Virus record (IMG/VR): IMGVR_UViG_3300036944_000989
Coordinates: 1-56,772 of that record
Length of the DNA stretch: 56,772 nt
Reading direction: 5' to 3' (one strand)
From: a virus
Taxonomy: Duplodnaviria; Caudoviricetes
Part shown: piece by piece, positions 1 to 10,512 of the stretch
Position numbering within the stretch: the stretch's first letter is position 1
How the letters are laid out: every line of letters begins with the position of its first letter
Notes under the pieces: generated by a model
Seen by the model: only the letters and a program-made list of their open reading frames with translations
The model's database searches: none
What the model was told of the DNA's origin: nothing
Position numbers and translations under genes: made by a program

Positions 1-2327
1 TGTTAGGTCCAGATAATATCAATAAACTAAAACAATCAAGTAGATATTTCTCATCTAAAGAAAAGTCAGACATGCTTCATAATCCAATTAGTGCAGCAGC
101 AGAAACAACATTAGGTACATTTGCTCCACTTGAGATTCCTGCAAACATGGCATATGGTGAAAATAATAATTGGAGTGATGCATTATCAGGTAGAGGTACT
201 TATGTACCAATGTCAGGTAGACTACTTGCTGATCCTACAATATTAGCATTTGAAGCAGCACCATTAATTGGTGAAGGATTGTCTGCTGCAGCAAAAGTAT
301 TAGGTGATATACCTGGACCAAAAACTTTTGTTGCATCTAAAATGTTAAATAGTAGTAAAATAAATAATAAACTTGCTAGAAATATTTATAATAATCGTAT
401 TCTTGAAGAAGAATTAGTAGCACCTAATGTACAATTTAGAGGTTTTTCTAAAAAAGAATTACCAGATGGTAAATTGCATAGTATTGCTGATGGTGACTTT
501 ATGAATGTAAATGGTAGAATGTATTGGATAAATGAAGGAAAATATTTAAATGGTGATGAAGGATATACTTTGGCAGACAATACATATGATTTTATGCCTA
601 GACCAGATGAATTGTATCCATCAAAATATAAAAGTAAATGGCAAAAAAAATATAATGTATCTGACGCTAATCCAAATACTGTAGGTAGATACGATAGTAA
701 TAGATATGATCAAACTTATACATATCCTGATGATTGGATTATTCATAATGATAAAGGACAGTTAACTGGTGATAGTACATGGTGGTTAAAAAGTAGACCT
801 TACAAAGCTATGGAACAGCGTTCATTATTAAATGACACACCTTCTGGTAGACATATTTTTGCAAAACAATCCGCATTGGAATCTTTTTTAGGTAAACCTT
901 TAGATCAACATAGGGAATTAATAGGTGATATTATTAAAGAAGGATCTGTTCCTAGAGGAGGTATTACTATAACTCCTACAACAGAAGGATCATTACCAAT
1001 GATTGAAGGTGTTAACAGTTTTACATATAATCCTATTACTGAATCAATGGAAAGAGGAATATTTGTAAATCCTAAAAATCCTGTTATTTCTCCTCAAGAA
1101 GGATTACTAACTGATTTTCATAATGCTCCGCATTTAGAAGGTTCGGATTATGTTAGTAATAACATTAAACATATGCAGAAATTAAAAGAAAACAATTATG
1201 TTTTTGGTAATAAAGTAAAACCTGAAGCAAATGTGTTTGATCAACCATTAAGTGCTGTTAATAAAACTAATGAAGCAAGCCCATATGCTACTCAATTTGA
1301 TCCTGAAGAAATGGATCCACTACTTGATTTTATGTATCAAGAAAAAGATATAAATGATATTAAAAATAGTATAAAAGCTGAGGTAGTAAGATACCCTGTT
1401 ACTAAAAGATTATTTACAGATCCTGACCCTAAAAGAGTAGATCAGTTTTATTCTGCATGGGCAGATAAGATACATCCTAGTTTAAGTTTAGAAGTTACAC
1501 CTAGTGAAATGCGAAGAGTGCATCAAGAAGCGTTAGATTATTTTGGTAATTCTCGCCAGATATTTGATAAAGATTTAGGTGCATACATGACTAGTAGACT
1601 TAGAAATAAAATTCCTGCCTATAATGAACCTGTTGTTAGAGATGCAAATGGAGCAAGACAAATGTTTGCTAAAGATCAAAGATCTGCTACAACATTTGAT
1701 AGATGGTATCCTGAAAGAACAAATACTGACTATATACCTAGTTTTAGTTTTGCTGAAATGGGTCCAGAAAATTTACATGCAACTGACTTATACACAAGAG
1801 GTTATGATGCAACCATTAACTCATTGTTTAGAAATAATAACTTTGCACCTAGTAAAGTAAACATGTATAATGAGATTGCAGAAAATTTACAGAATGCTAT
1901 TCTAAAAAATAAAATTTCAAAACCTACAAGTGTAAGACGTGGTATTGTAGATGATTATGAATTAGAGTTATTAAATCCAGAATCATTTCAACCAACAGGT
2001 GTTAGAAAGTTTAGAAGTCAATTAGCAGAAGGTGACATATTTAAAGATGATGCATTTATGTCAACCTCAAGAGATTTACGTCATGATTGGGGTGAACAAT
2101 CTCTTGCTGAAAAAATAAATATTCCTGGTGGTAACGTTCAATCATACTTCCATCCTGACTCAGGATCTTTTTCACATTTTAATGTAACAGAGAATGAGTT
2201 CTTGTTACCAAAAGGATTAGTAAGACGTGTTAAAAGAACTTTAGATCCAGCAATAGAAAATGCAGGATTTGAAACAGAAATTCTAAACCCATATAAAAAA
2301 GGTGGATACCCACATTTATTTTGGTAA
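1..2327 (+). CDS. Virion cargo protein with C-terminal R-S-E ADP-ribosyltransferase (VIP2/Alt-like), probably 5'-partial
   Basis: The frame is open from nt 3, so the true start is probably upstream of the window. The C-terminus has YT..Y..IN..R, V-R-R-G, FMSTS (STS 2061-2069) and E-N-E-FLLPKG (2190-2198). It ends in YKKGG, and no Cys was seen. Confidence 0.8.
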   Translation, partial: LGPDNINKLKQSSRYFSSKEKSDMLHNPISAAAETTLGTFAPLEIPANMAYGENNNWSDALSGRGTYVPMSGRLLADPTILAFEAAPLIGEGLSAAAKVLGDIPGPKTFVASKMLNSSKINNKLARNIYNNRILEEELVAPNVQFRGFSKKELPDGKLHSIADGDFMNVNGRMYWINEGKYLNGDEGYTLADNTYDFMPRPDELYPSKYKSKWQKKYNVSDANPNTVGRYDSNRYDQTYTYPDDWIIHNDKGQLTGDSTWWLKSRPYKAMEQRSLLNDTPSGRHIFAKQSALESFLGKPLDQHRELIGDIIKEGSVPRGGITITPTTEGSLPMIEGVNSFTYNPITESMERGIFVNPKNPVISPQEGLLTDFHNAPHLEGSDYVSNNIKHMQKLKENNYVFGNKVKPEANVFDQPLSAVNKTNEASPYATQFDPEEMDPLLDFMYQEKDINDIKNSIKAEVVRYPVTKRLFTDPDPKRVDQFYSAWADKIHPSLSLEVTPSEMRRVHQEALDYFGNSRQIFDKDLGAYMTSRLRNKIPAYNEPVVRDANGARQMFAKDQRSATTFDRWYPERTNTDYIPSFSFAEMGPENLHATDLYTRGYDATINSLFRNNNFAPSKVNMYNEIAENLQNAILKNKISKPTSVRRGIVDDYELELLNPESFQPTGVRKFRSQLAEGDIFKDDAFMSTSRDLRHDWGEQSLAEKINIPGGNVQSYFHPDSGSFSHFNVTENEFLLPKGLVRRVKRTLDPAIENAGFETEILNPYKKGGYPHLFW

Positions 2328-2339
2328 CATCCTCAAAAA

Positions 2340-2354
2340 TTAGTAAATTATAAT
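2340..2354 (+). promoter_or_regulatory. Putative phage late promoter motif TTAGTAAATTATAAT
   Basis: Intergenic; similar motifs at 4296, 7789, 34303 and 41638, each upstream of a rightward gene. Confidence 0.45.
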
Positions 2355-2379
2355 GATATCACTATCAAATATTTAAACT

Positions 2380-4269
2380 ATGAAAAATCTTAACAAAAGT
2401 CAAATGCTATTCATGAATGGATATGTACCAGCAAACATTGATGACATATATGAATATGCTGATGGTGGTATCCATATTGATCCTTCAAAAAAAGGAACCT
2501 TTACAGCAGCTGCTACAAAGCATGGTGAATCTGTGCAAGGATTTGCATCTCAGGTATTAGCAAATAAAGAAGACTATTCTCCTGCAATGGTAAAGAAAGC
2601 AAACTTTGCTAGAAATGCTGCACACTGGAAACATCAACAAGGTGGTCCTGCTGGTGGACAAGAAGATCAAGTTATGCAACTTATTCAAACATATGCACAA
2701 CTTGCAGAAATTGATCCTAATCAATTAATGCAGCAATTACAAAAAATGCAACCTGAACAACAGAAAGCTGCTTTACAAAAAATGGCTGAACAAGTTCAAC
2801 AAACCATGTCACAACAAGCTGAGGATCAGCAATATGCAGATGAAGAAATGATGGCATATGGTGGTACTCCACAATATCCTGGTGGTGGAGCAATTGGTTT
2901 AGGACAAGAAGGTTATTTTAATGTAGTTCCTGCAATGCATACTACATTACAAGACTCTCCTTTGTTTGGTTTTACAAATGCAATTACAGGAGGACTAGGG
3001 TTAGCAAGTGGTCTTATGGCAAGTGGTCTAGGTCTTGCACAAGGTGTTGATGTTGCAGGTAGATTATTTGATAAAAATCCTAATAGTAAATTCCATACTA
3101 AAATGGGTAATATTCAAAACTCTCTTCAAAGAGGTATTGACTTTACTACAGATTTAAAAACAGGTTCAGGAAGTAAGTATACTAATAAAGGTACAAGTTT
3201 TCAACCAATAATGCAAAGACAAACACCACAACAGTTTGCTCAAAATGCTATTAGTCAAAACTTTCCTAAACCACAAGATCCTTTTTCAACAAAAAGATTT
3301 GACTTTAATAAAGCTGCATCTAACTTATATAGTAATCAACCAATTGGGTCAAACCCTTTTAGTAATGCACAAACTTTTGATACAGATTTATATCATTCTG
3401 GAATTCAAAATTTTTACCAAGAACAAGGTGGTGAAATGATTAAGCGTGCTGATGGTAGTTATTCAAGACGTGGTTTATGGGATAACATCAGAGCAAATAA
3501 AGGTTCTGGTAAAAAACCTACTAAAGAAATGCTTGAGCAAGAACGTAAAATAAAATCTCAAGAATATGGTGGTATGATGGCAGATGGTGGTGAACCAAAT
3601 AATCCAGGTTTTAATGCATTACCAGAATACGTACAACAAAAGATTATCAATAACATGGCTACTGGTGGTGAATTACCTAAAGCACAATTTGGTAAAGATA
3701 AGTCACAATATGATGAAGATAATTATTACTATAATGCTCCTGCTCCAAAATATGTAAATACTGGTAAAGGAAAACCTCTTGGTTTTGTAGATGGTATGGG
3801 TATGGATTCTGAGTATGGTTATGGTTTTAATGAATACGGTGAACCTACAAATGGTACATCAAAATATGAAACAAAAGTAGATACTCCACAATATCCAAAT
3901 TTTGTAGATCGTAACTTTGGTGCATATGCTATAAAAGGTATTCAAGGATTAGGTATGGCAAACAATTACTTTGATCGTGAAGAACAAAGAAGACAAATGG
4001 CTGCATATAATGCTATGCAAAGAAGACTTGGTAATTCTGATTCTTCAAATGTACAAAATGCAAAAAACCCATTTGGTAATTATACTTTAAATGTAGGACC
4101 ATCACAAAATTTCCAATTATCTAAAACAACTCCTGTACAAGATTATGGTACAAGTTATGCTGCTGAGTATGGTGGTCAACAAAATTTTGAAGCAGGTGGT
4201 GAATATCAAGTATCACATGATGAGTTATTACAGTTGATGCGCGATGGTGCAGAAATTGAGTTTTTATAA
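2380..4269 (+). CDS. Modular low-complexity virion/internal head protein with repeated xxGG motifs
   Basis: 629 aa with Q/M-rich tracts. Motifs YADGG, HQQGG, MAYGG, YPGGG, QEQGG, QEYGG, MADGG, MATGG, AEYGG and FEAGG flank short basic modules. Confidence 0.65.
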   Translation: MKNLNKSQMLFMNGYVPANIDDIYEYADGGIHIDPSKKGTFTAAATKHGESVQGFASQVLANKEDYSPAMVKKANFARNAAHWKHQQGGPAGGQEDQVMQLIQTYAQLAEIDPNQLMQQLQKMQPEQQKAALQKMAEQVQQTMSQQAEDQQYADEEMMAYGGTPQYPGGGAIGLGQEGYFNVVPAMHTTLQDSPLFGFTNAITGGLGLASGLMASGLGLAQGVDVAGRLFDKNPNSKFHTKMGNIQNSLQRGIDFTTDLKTGSGSKYTNKGTSFQPIMQRQTPQQFAQNAISQNFPKPQDPFSTKRFDFNKAASNLYSNQPIGSNPFSNAQTFDTDLYHSGIQNFYQEQGGEMIKRADGSYSRRGLWDNIRANKGSGKKPTKEMLEQERKIKSQEYGGMMADGGEPNNPGFNALPEYVQQKIINNMATGGELPKAQFGKDKSQYDEDNYYYNAPAPKYVNTGKGKPLGFVDGMGMDSEYGYGFNEYGEPTNGTSKYETKVDTPQYPNFVDRNFGAYAIKGIQGLGMANNYFDREEQRRQMAAYNAMQRRLGNSDSSNVQNAKNPFGNYTLNVGPSQNFQLSKTTPVQDYGTSYAAEYGGQQNFEAGGEYQVSHDELLQLMRDGAEIEFL

Positions 4270-4295
4270 GCTATCATAGGAAAAAACGAATTATA

Positions 4296-4311
4296 TTTGT
4301 ATATTCTAAAT
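4296..4311 (+). promoter_or_regulatory. Putative promoter TTTGTATATTCTAAAT, overlapping a TAnnTTTG match at 4292-4299
   Basis: Intergenic copy of the recurrent motif; TATATTTG fits the Bacteroidota -7 consensus. Confidence 0.4.
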
Positions 4312-4352
4312 GTAAGACGTTTAATGTCAAACCCTTTAAACTTTAGAAGTTT

Positions 4353-7300
4353 ATGTTCAATATTAAAATAAAATCAGTACCTAATAAAGCAAAAACAGGT
4401 TCTCAATTAGACTACAGTTTAGTTGATAGAAATACTTTATTTTTAAAACCAAATACTCCTGTAGACAGCAATGTTAAAAACACAATGGGAGCTGTTCCAC
4501 GTGATGAAGCTAACATTGAAGCAGAAGGTGGAGAAACTGTTGTTGGTGATATCAATAACGATGGGTACTTAGAACATCAAACAATTGTAGGTAAACGTCA
4601 TAGTCAAGGAGGTACACCACTTAATGTACCACCTGGTTCATTTATTTTTTCTGATACAGACAAGTTAAGAATTAAAGATGAAGAAGTACTTGCCATATTT
4701 GGAATGAGACCAAATAAAAAAGGTTACACTCCTGCAGAGATTGCTAAAAAATATCAGATAAATGATTACATAGCAATTCTTAAAGATCCTAAAAAAGATA
4801 ACTACTCTAAAGAAACTGCACAAATCATGTTGGACAGCAACATGAAAAAGTTAGGAATGCTTGCTCTTGTACAAGAATCAATGAAAGGTTTTCCTGATGG
4901 TTTACCTGCTATTGCAGAATCTGTTGTTGCAGGTATGCAAGGTGGAGAAGAAATGATGCAACCTGGTCAAGAACAAGGTGAAGGTGTTCAGCAAGAAATG
5001 ATGGAAGGTCAAGAGGAACCACAAGAACAAGAGATGCGTTATGGTGGTGGATACTATCAACGTGCTGGTACAACAAAAGAAAAACAAAATAAAAAACAAA
5101 AAGTATTACCTAAGAAAAAACAAGAAGAAGGTTTTTGGGATAATAGAGAAATGCCTTCATGGGGACAAATTGGTTCTGGTGTAATGGCTGCATTAAATGC
5201 TGGACCAAGTGCAGAAACATATCTTGCTACAGGTATTAACAGTTTAGTACATACAGGTAGTTGGACTGGTGATGGTGAAAAAGATGCTGAAGGTTTTGCA
5301 TATGGTGCAAAATACATGTTACCATCTGAGTTACCACAAAATGCACATTTATCTAGAGCTGCAAAAGTTGCACTAGATCTTGCTGCAGATCCATTAAATC
5401 AATTTACTTTAGGTGCAGCTCTTGCAGAAACAGCAACTAAAGCTATTGCACAATCTGCTGCTAAAGAAGTATTAGAACTTGGAACTAGATATGCTGCAAG
5501 AAATACTGTTAAAAAAGAAGTTTCTGAAGAATTAGCAAAAACTGTTTTGAAAAATGCAGGTAAAGAAATTACTCCACGTAATATAGAAATTGCAAAAGGT
5601 GCAATTGCAAAAGCTGCTAAAACAGGAATAGCAAGTTCAGATGTTGCAGGTGGCGCAAGAGTAGGAGCAAGAAATGCTATGATTGGTTATGATGTTAATG
5701 CAGCTGGTAAAGTTGCAAAAGCTCCATTTGGTTATGCATATGACAAAGCTGGTAAATTATATCAGATTGTTAAAGATGTACCACTTAAACAAATACCAGG
5801 ACAAATTGCAAAAGCTGTTGTATCAGGACTTAAAGGAACTGGTAATTTTGTAGCAAATTCTGCTAATGCAAAATATGCGGTACCTGTTTTTAATGCTGTA
5901 AAAGCAATTGGTAATACCGCAGATGATGAAGAAGTAGAACCTGTTTTAGAACAAGTTGTTAAACCTGCCAATCCTAATCAATCAATCCCTACATTACTTA
6001 CAACAACAACTGCTGTTTCTGATAGTATACAACAACAAGAACCTGTTGTAGTAGCACAACCTGCAGAAGAACCTGCAGTACAACCACGTCAAAGAATTGT
6101 TTATTATAACGCCAGAACACAAGCAAAACCAGAAGATACACCTGATGTAAGATATCTTCCTGCTCAAAATAGTGCAGAATTAAAAAATCCAAATGTTGCT
6201 GATACTCCTGTAGAATACATGATAATGGATGATGATGGAACTAAAAAGTATGGAGGTAGTTTACAAAGTTATCAAGCTGCAGGAACAGTAAAACCAGGAG
6301 GAGTTCCACAATTTAATCCTAAAACAGGAATGGAAAGACTGGTATATCCAGATGGTACATTTGGTGATTGGTATATGCCTGAAACTGTGTATGATGTAGC
6401 AGATACTGATATGGTAACTGAAGCACAAAAAAGAGGATACAATGTAGCTTATAATCCATCAGGACATAAAAATAAATTTATTCCACAACAAACAAAAAAA
6501 ACAGGATTTGCTGTAAACCCTGAATCAGGATTTTATCAAAATAAACAATATCCAATTACTGCAGATAGTATTAATAATTTAGTAGGAATGTGGGGTGACG
6601 AACTTACTAATTATAGTGGACCCTCAGGACAAGGAGTTGAAGCGTGGAAAAAAGATTTAAAAAATCAAAAAGGTGATGTTGGACCAGCAAGTAAATATTT
6701 AGTAGATACTGCAAATGCTTTATCTGTAGCAGCAACAGGAAAACCTCAAATTGATGTTACAAAAAAAGCTGCTTATAAACCAGGTATTGATGTATTTAAT
6801 TTAAAGAAATTTTCAAAAGCAAAACCTACAAAAGAAATTCCTGCTGACAATTTTAATTTTAAAACACCGCAACGACCAGTTACTGGAAAAAGACGTTTTG
6901 ATCCAGGATGGTGGGCACAAGATAGAATTAACTTTGCTGCATCATTAGGTGATAGAGTTAGAAAGTATAATCCAGCAATGGCTAATTATAACTTTAGAAC
7001 TCCTGATTATGCACTTGAAAATCCTGCTAGAATGATTGCAGCAATGCAAGAAAAAAGTGGAAGATATAGTGACATGTTATCTAATAGTACAGCAGGTAAT
7101 GTTGCAGGTGCTTCAATGTTAAATAACTTTGGTGAAGATTTAGGTGCAATTGCAAATGGTATTGCAGGTATAGAAAACAGAAATGTTAATACATATAACA
7201 ATGCTTCTGCACAAGGTGTACAAATTATGAATCAAGCTGAACAAATGGATCAAGCTGCAAAACAAAATTATATTGCACAACAAGCTACTGCTAATCAACA

Positions 7301-7784
7301 ATACGACAATGCACTTCAAGAAAGAAAGTATAGACAAATTGGTGCTCTTAATAACGGTTTAACAAACTGGATGGCAAAAAAACAGATGGAGCAAGTATTG
7401 TTTCCACAGTATAATATTAATCCTATGTCAGGGGATGTTAATTTTACAGGAGCAAGACAGATGTTTAATAACAACATGACTGGTTTTGCACTTGATACAT
7501 ATCAGAACCCAATGTATGCTGGATCAAATGCTGGTAATATTGACGTTGACAGTATTTATAATAATTATATAAATAAAGGTTATAGTGAAGAAAGAGCAAA
7601 AAATTTACTTGATTTGCAAATAAAAGCTATGAACTCTAGATCAATGGGTAGAGGTGCAAATTCAGGAGGATACGGTGCTTTGTTTAATTCTGGAAGAACT
7701 TTACCGCAACAAGGATATGGTCAACAACAACAATCTTATGGTGCATATGCCGCATCCCCATACTCCATGTATGGTGATGTATAA
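4353..7784 (+). CDS. crAss-like virion cargo protein
   Basis: 1143 aa; N-terminal NIEAEGGE...GKRHSQGG...FIFSD segment typical of crAss-like cargo proteins; MRYGG and KKYGG motifs; A/G/K-rich middle; Q/N/A-rich helical C-terminus. Confidence 0.65.
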   Translation: MFNIKIKSVPNKAKTGSQLDYSLVDRNTLFLKPNTPVDSNVKNTMGAVPRDEANIEAEGGETVVGDINNDGYLEHQTIVGKRHSQGGTPLNVPPGSFIFSDTDKLRIKDEEVLAIFGMRPNKKGYTPAEIAKKYQINDYIAILKDPKKDNYSKETAQIMLDSNMKKLGMLALVQESMKGFPDGLPAIAESVVAGMQGGEEMMQPGQEQGEGVQQEMMEGQEEPQEQEMRYGGGYYQRAGTTKEKQNKKQKVLPKKKQEEGFWDNREMPSWGQIGSGVMAALNAGPSAETYLATGINSLVHTGSWTGDGEKDAEGFAYGAKYMLPSELPQNAHLSRAAKVALDLAADPLNQFTLGAALAETATKAIAQSAAKEVLELGTRYAARNTVKKEVSEELAKTVLKNAGKEITPRNIEIAKGAIAKAAKTGIASSDVAGGARVGARNAMIGYDVNAAGKVAKAPFGYAYDKAGKLYQIVKDVPLKQIPGQIAKAVVSGLKGTGNFVANSANAKYAVPVFNAVKAIGNTADDEEVEPVLEQVVKPANPNQSIPTLLTTTTAVSDSIQQQEPVVVAQPAEEPAVQPRQRIVYYNARTQAKPEDTPDVRYLPAQNSAELKNPNVADTPVEYMIMDDDGTKKYGGSLQSYQAAGTVKPGGVPQFNPKTGMERLVYPDGTFGDWYMPETVYDVADTDMVTEAQKRGYNVAYNPSGHKNKFIPQQTKKTGFAVNPESGFYQNKQYPITADSINNLVGMWGDELTNYSGPSGQGVEAWKKDLKNQKGDVGPASKYLVDTANALSVAATGKPQIDVTKKAAYKPGIDVFNLKKFSKAKPTKEIPADNFNFKTPQRPVTGKRRFDPGWWAQDRINFAASLGDRVRKYNPAMANYNFRTPDYALENPARMIAAMQEKSGRYSDMLSNSTAGNVAGASMLNNFGEDLGAIANGIAGIENRNVNTYNNASAQGVQIMNQAEQMDQAAKQNYIAQQATANQQYDNALQERKYRQIGALNNGLTNWMAKKQMEQVLFPQYNINPMSGDVNFTGARQMFNNNMTGFALDTYQNPMYAGSNAGNIDVDSIYNNYINKGYSEERAKNLLDLQIKAMNSRSMGRGANSGGYGALFNSGRTLPQQGYGQQQQSYGAYAASPYSMYGDV

Positions 7785-7820
7785 AAGGTTAGTATAATTT
7801 AATAAGTAAAAAAATACAGA

Positions 7821-10508
7821 ATGGCAACATTTATAAAAGGTACTACTGATGAGTTTGGACCAATGCAATTATACAAACCTGATTATCAGTTTCTTACAAA
7901 AGTATATGGAACTAAACAGGCGGAGTATGATCGTGGTTTTAATTATGTAAAGAGTCTTTATAATTCTTCTTTAAATGATAGATTAACATCTGAAGATAAC
8001 GAGCGTTACAGACAAGAAGCTTTTAAAAAAATTCAGAATACATTAAAAGATGCAAGCACGTTAGACTTATCTAATGCTGCTAACATTGGTTATGCTCAAG
8101 AAGCAATAGACCCTATTAGTGGAGATAAACAACTTGCATATGATATGCAGATAAGTAAAATTCATTCTAATGAATTACAGAAGCTTGAAATGACTCGTTC
8201 AAGTTTAGATCCTAAAATAAGCAGTCAATATAATGAGTTTAGTAGAAAAGCAATACAATTTGCTACTGAAGATTTAAAAGGTGCTAAACGTAATGATGGA
8301 TCTATATTTAAAGTATCACCACAAAAATTTATTCCTTATCAAGACATTGTTGGTGATTTAAATCAAGCAGCAAAAGATCAGAAATTAGATATTGAAATAG
8401 ATAGTGTTACTGGGACAGGATACATTACAAAACAAACAAACGGTCAACTTGCATATAAACCATTTACTAAATGGGCAATGTCTGTAATTGGTAATAAATA
8501 TGATGGACAATTACAACAACAAGGGTATGTACAAGGTGAGTCTTTGATTCGTTCTACAATGCAACAAGAAGGTCTTTCTAGAGAAGATGCTTTGAATACA
8601 ATTGCACCTAATGTATTAAAACAATTATACAATGACGCTGTTACAAACGGTTCATATACAGATGCTAAAATTAAAGAGTTTGATTTAGAAATTTCTAAGT
8701 TTAGAGATAAGTATGGATCATCGGGTATTAACCCTAACTCTAAAGAAGGACAAGCACTTGCTGCAGTACAGAAAAAGAAAAAAGAATATGTAGATGAACT
8801 TGCTTCTAACAAAGCAGAGATTCTTAAAATGGAAGAAGAAGGCACATCATATGTTACTTCAAACTTGTATAACATTCTTACTAATCAAGCAAAGAAAACT
8901 ATTGCACTTGACTGGGCAGTTGGTCATGCTGATGTAACTAAAAAGTTTGAAATAAAACCTGATACTACATGGTCAACAAAGTTTCATGAAGCTAATGCTA
9001 ATGCACGTCATCAGCAAGATATAAACATGAGAGCTGCTACTTTAGCGGAAACAAGACGCAATAACATGGTTAATAATGAAATTGCAATGTTTAAATTAAA
9101 ATATGGAGATACTGCAAAATTACCTAGTGAACAAAATACAGGAACAGCTCTTTCTACTTTAGATGAAAAGTTGTCTGTTACATTGCCTTCAAAAACATTA
9201 AACAATGATTTGAATAAAGTTCAAACAAATATGTTTAATCAAGCATTTGCATCTTCTGATGGTTTAATAAATATTTTATACAATAGTGATAAAAATGATT
9301 TAGAAAAAGTTACACCTATTATAAGCAAAATGCGTGCAATTGCATCAGGTCAAAATATTAAACTTACTGAAGCTGAAATCAAAACCATAACAGATTTTGG
9401 TAATAGATCAGGTGTTGCAATTTACAATCCTAAAAGTCCACAACAAGCAGCATATGCTTTGCGTCAAATGTCTTATGACGTATACGAACAGGCAAGTAAG
9501 AAAATTGCAATGTATAAGAATACTAAAAACACAAAAGACATTGCAGGTAAATTAAAACACTTTACTTCTATACGAGATAGCTTTAAACAGTTTGCTAATG
9601 TAATGGATAACATTGAACAGAACTATGAAGCAATTGCAAAAAATATTGTAGATGTAAATGGTAACATAAAAGAAATGTATTCTGGAGCAAAAGTTGTAGG
9701 ATTTACTTCTAAAAATACTCCTATGTTTGATTTGTCAGCATTAACTCCTGCCATGATAGCATCAGCAAGTAGAAACATGACTAAAAATTATACAGATAAA
9801 ACAATGCCTGCTGGTTCAACATTAGTTGCTAATAATATTAAACCTGAAGAATATCAACAATTTTTTAGATATAATACTAATTTACCTGAGAATGAAAAGA
9901 CTCTTTTAAGAACAACTTTATCACCTGAGAGAATAAAAGAGTTTTATGGATCAAGTGTAGATATTACGTATGATCTAGGTACTGAAGAAGCAATTATTAC
10001 AATGAAAGGTGATAATAAAAAAATAAAAGATAGTAAATCTGGTTTACAAAATTCATACGAGTTTAGAATACCTTACTCACAAATAAGAGGTAATACTGTT
10101 TTGTCTAGATTAAATAAATATCTTGATGCTAATACTTTAACATCTACAAATACAAGTACATTAAATCCTTTAATGTCAAATCCTAATGCAATTGTTAATG
10201 CTCCTTCTGAACTAAAAAATGGTTTAGGTTTAAATTATCAAGTTATGGGTGGTACTGATGCAGCTGGTAACTATGGTATACATATTATAGGAACTGTTGA
10301 AAATGTAATATCAGGTAAACCAGAAAAGTTTAATCATTTTGAAACACGTAAACCAGGACAATCACAACAAGACCTTATAAAAAATGCTGAAAAATCTTTA
10401 ATTCAAATACAAAATAATTATCAAGCATATAAAATCCAAATGGAAGAGAGTTATCTTAGTGATAAAGATAACATGGAATTTGAATCATTTTTAAATAATA
10501 TAGAATAA
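7821..10508 (+). CDS. crAss-like virion cargo/ejection protein
   Basis: 895 aa, helical, no Cys seen; lies between the cargo gene and the RNAP block. Confidence 0.6.
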   Translation: MATFIKGTTDEFGPMQLYKPDYQFLTKVYGTKQAEYDRGFNYVKSLYNSSLNDRLTSEDNERYRQEAFKKIQNTLKDASTLDLSNAANIGYAQEAIDPISGDKQLAYDMQISKIHSNELQKLEMTRSSLDPKISSQYNEFSRKAIQFATEDLKGAKRNDGSIFKVSPQKFIPYQDIVGDLNQAAKDQKLDIEIDSVTGTGYITKQTNGQLAYKPFTKWAMSVIGNKYDGQLQQQGYVQGESLIRSTMQQEGLSREDALNTIAPNVLKQLYNDAVTNGSYTDAKIKEFDLEISKFRDKYGSSGINPNSKEGQALAAVQKKKKEYVDELASNKAEILKMEEEGTSYVTSNLYNILTNQAKKTIALDWAVGHADVTKKFEIKPDTTWSTKFHEANANARHQQDINMRAATLAETRRNNMVNNEIAMFKLKYGDTAKLPSEQNTGTALSTLDEKLSVTLPSKTLNNDLNKVQTNMFNQAFASSDGLINILYNSDKNDLEKVTPIISKMRAIASGQNIKLTEAEIKTITDFGNRSGVAIYNPKSPQQAAYALRQMSYDVYEQASKKIAMYKNTKNTKDIAGKLKHFTSIRDSFKQFANVMDNIEQNYEAIAKNIVDVNGNIKEMYSGAKVVGFTSKNTPMFDLSALTPAMIASASRNMTKNYTDKTMPAGSTLVANNIKPEEYQQFFRYNTNLPENEKTLLRTTLSPERIKEFYGSSVDITYDLGTEEAIITMKGDNKKIKDSKSGLQNSYEFRIPYSQIRGNTVLSRLNKYLDANTLTSTNTSTLNPLMSNPNAIVNAPSELKNGLGLNYQVMGGTDAAGNYGIHIIGTVENVISGKPEKFNHFETRKPGQSQQDLIKNAEKSLIQIQNNYQAYKIQMEESYLSDKDNMEFESFLNNIE

Positions 10509-10512
10509 AACC

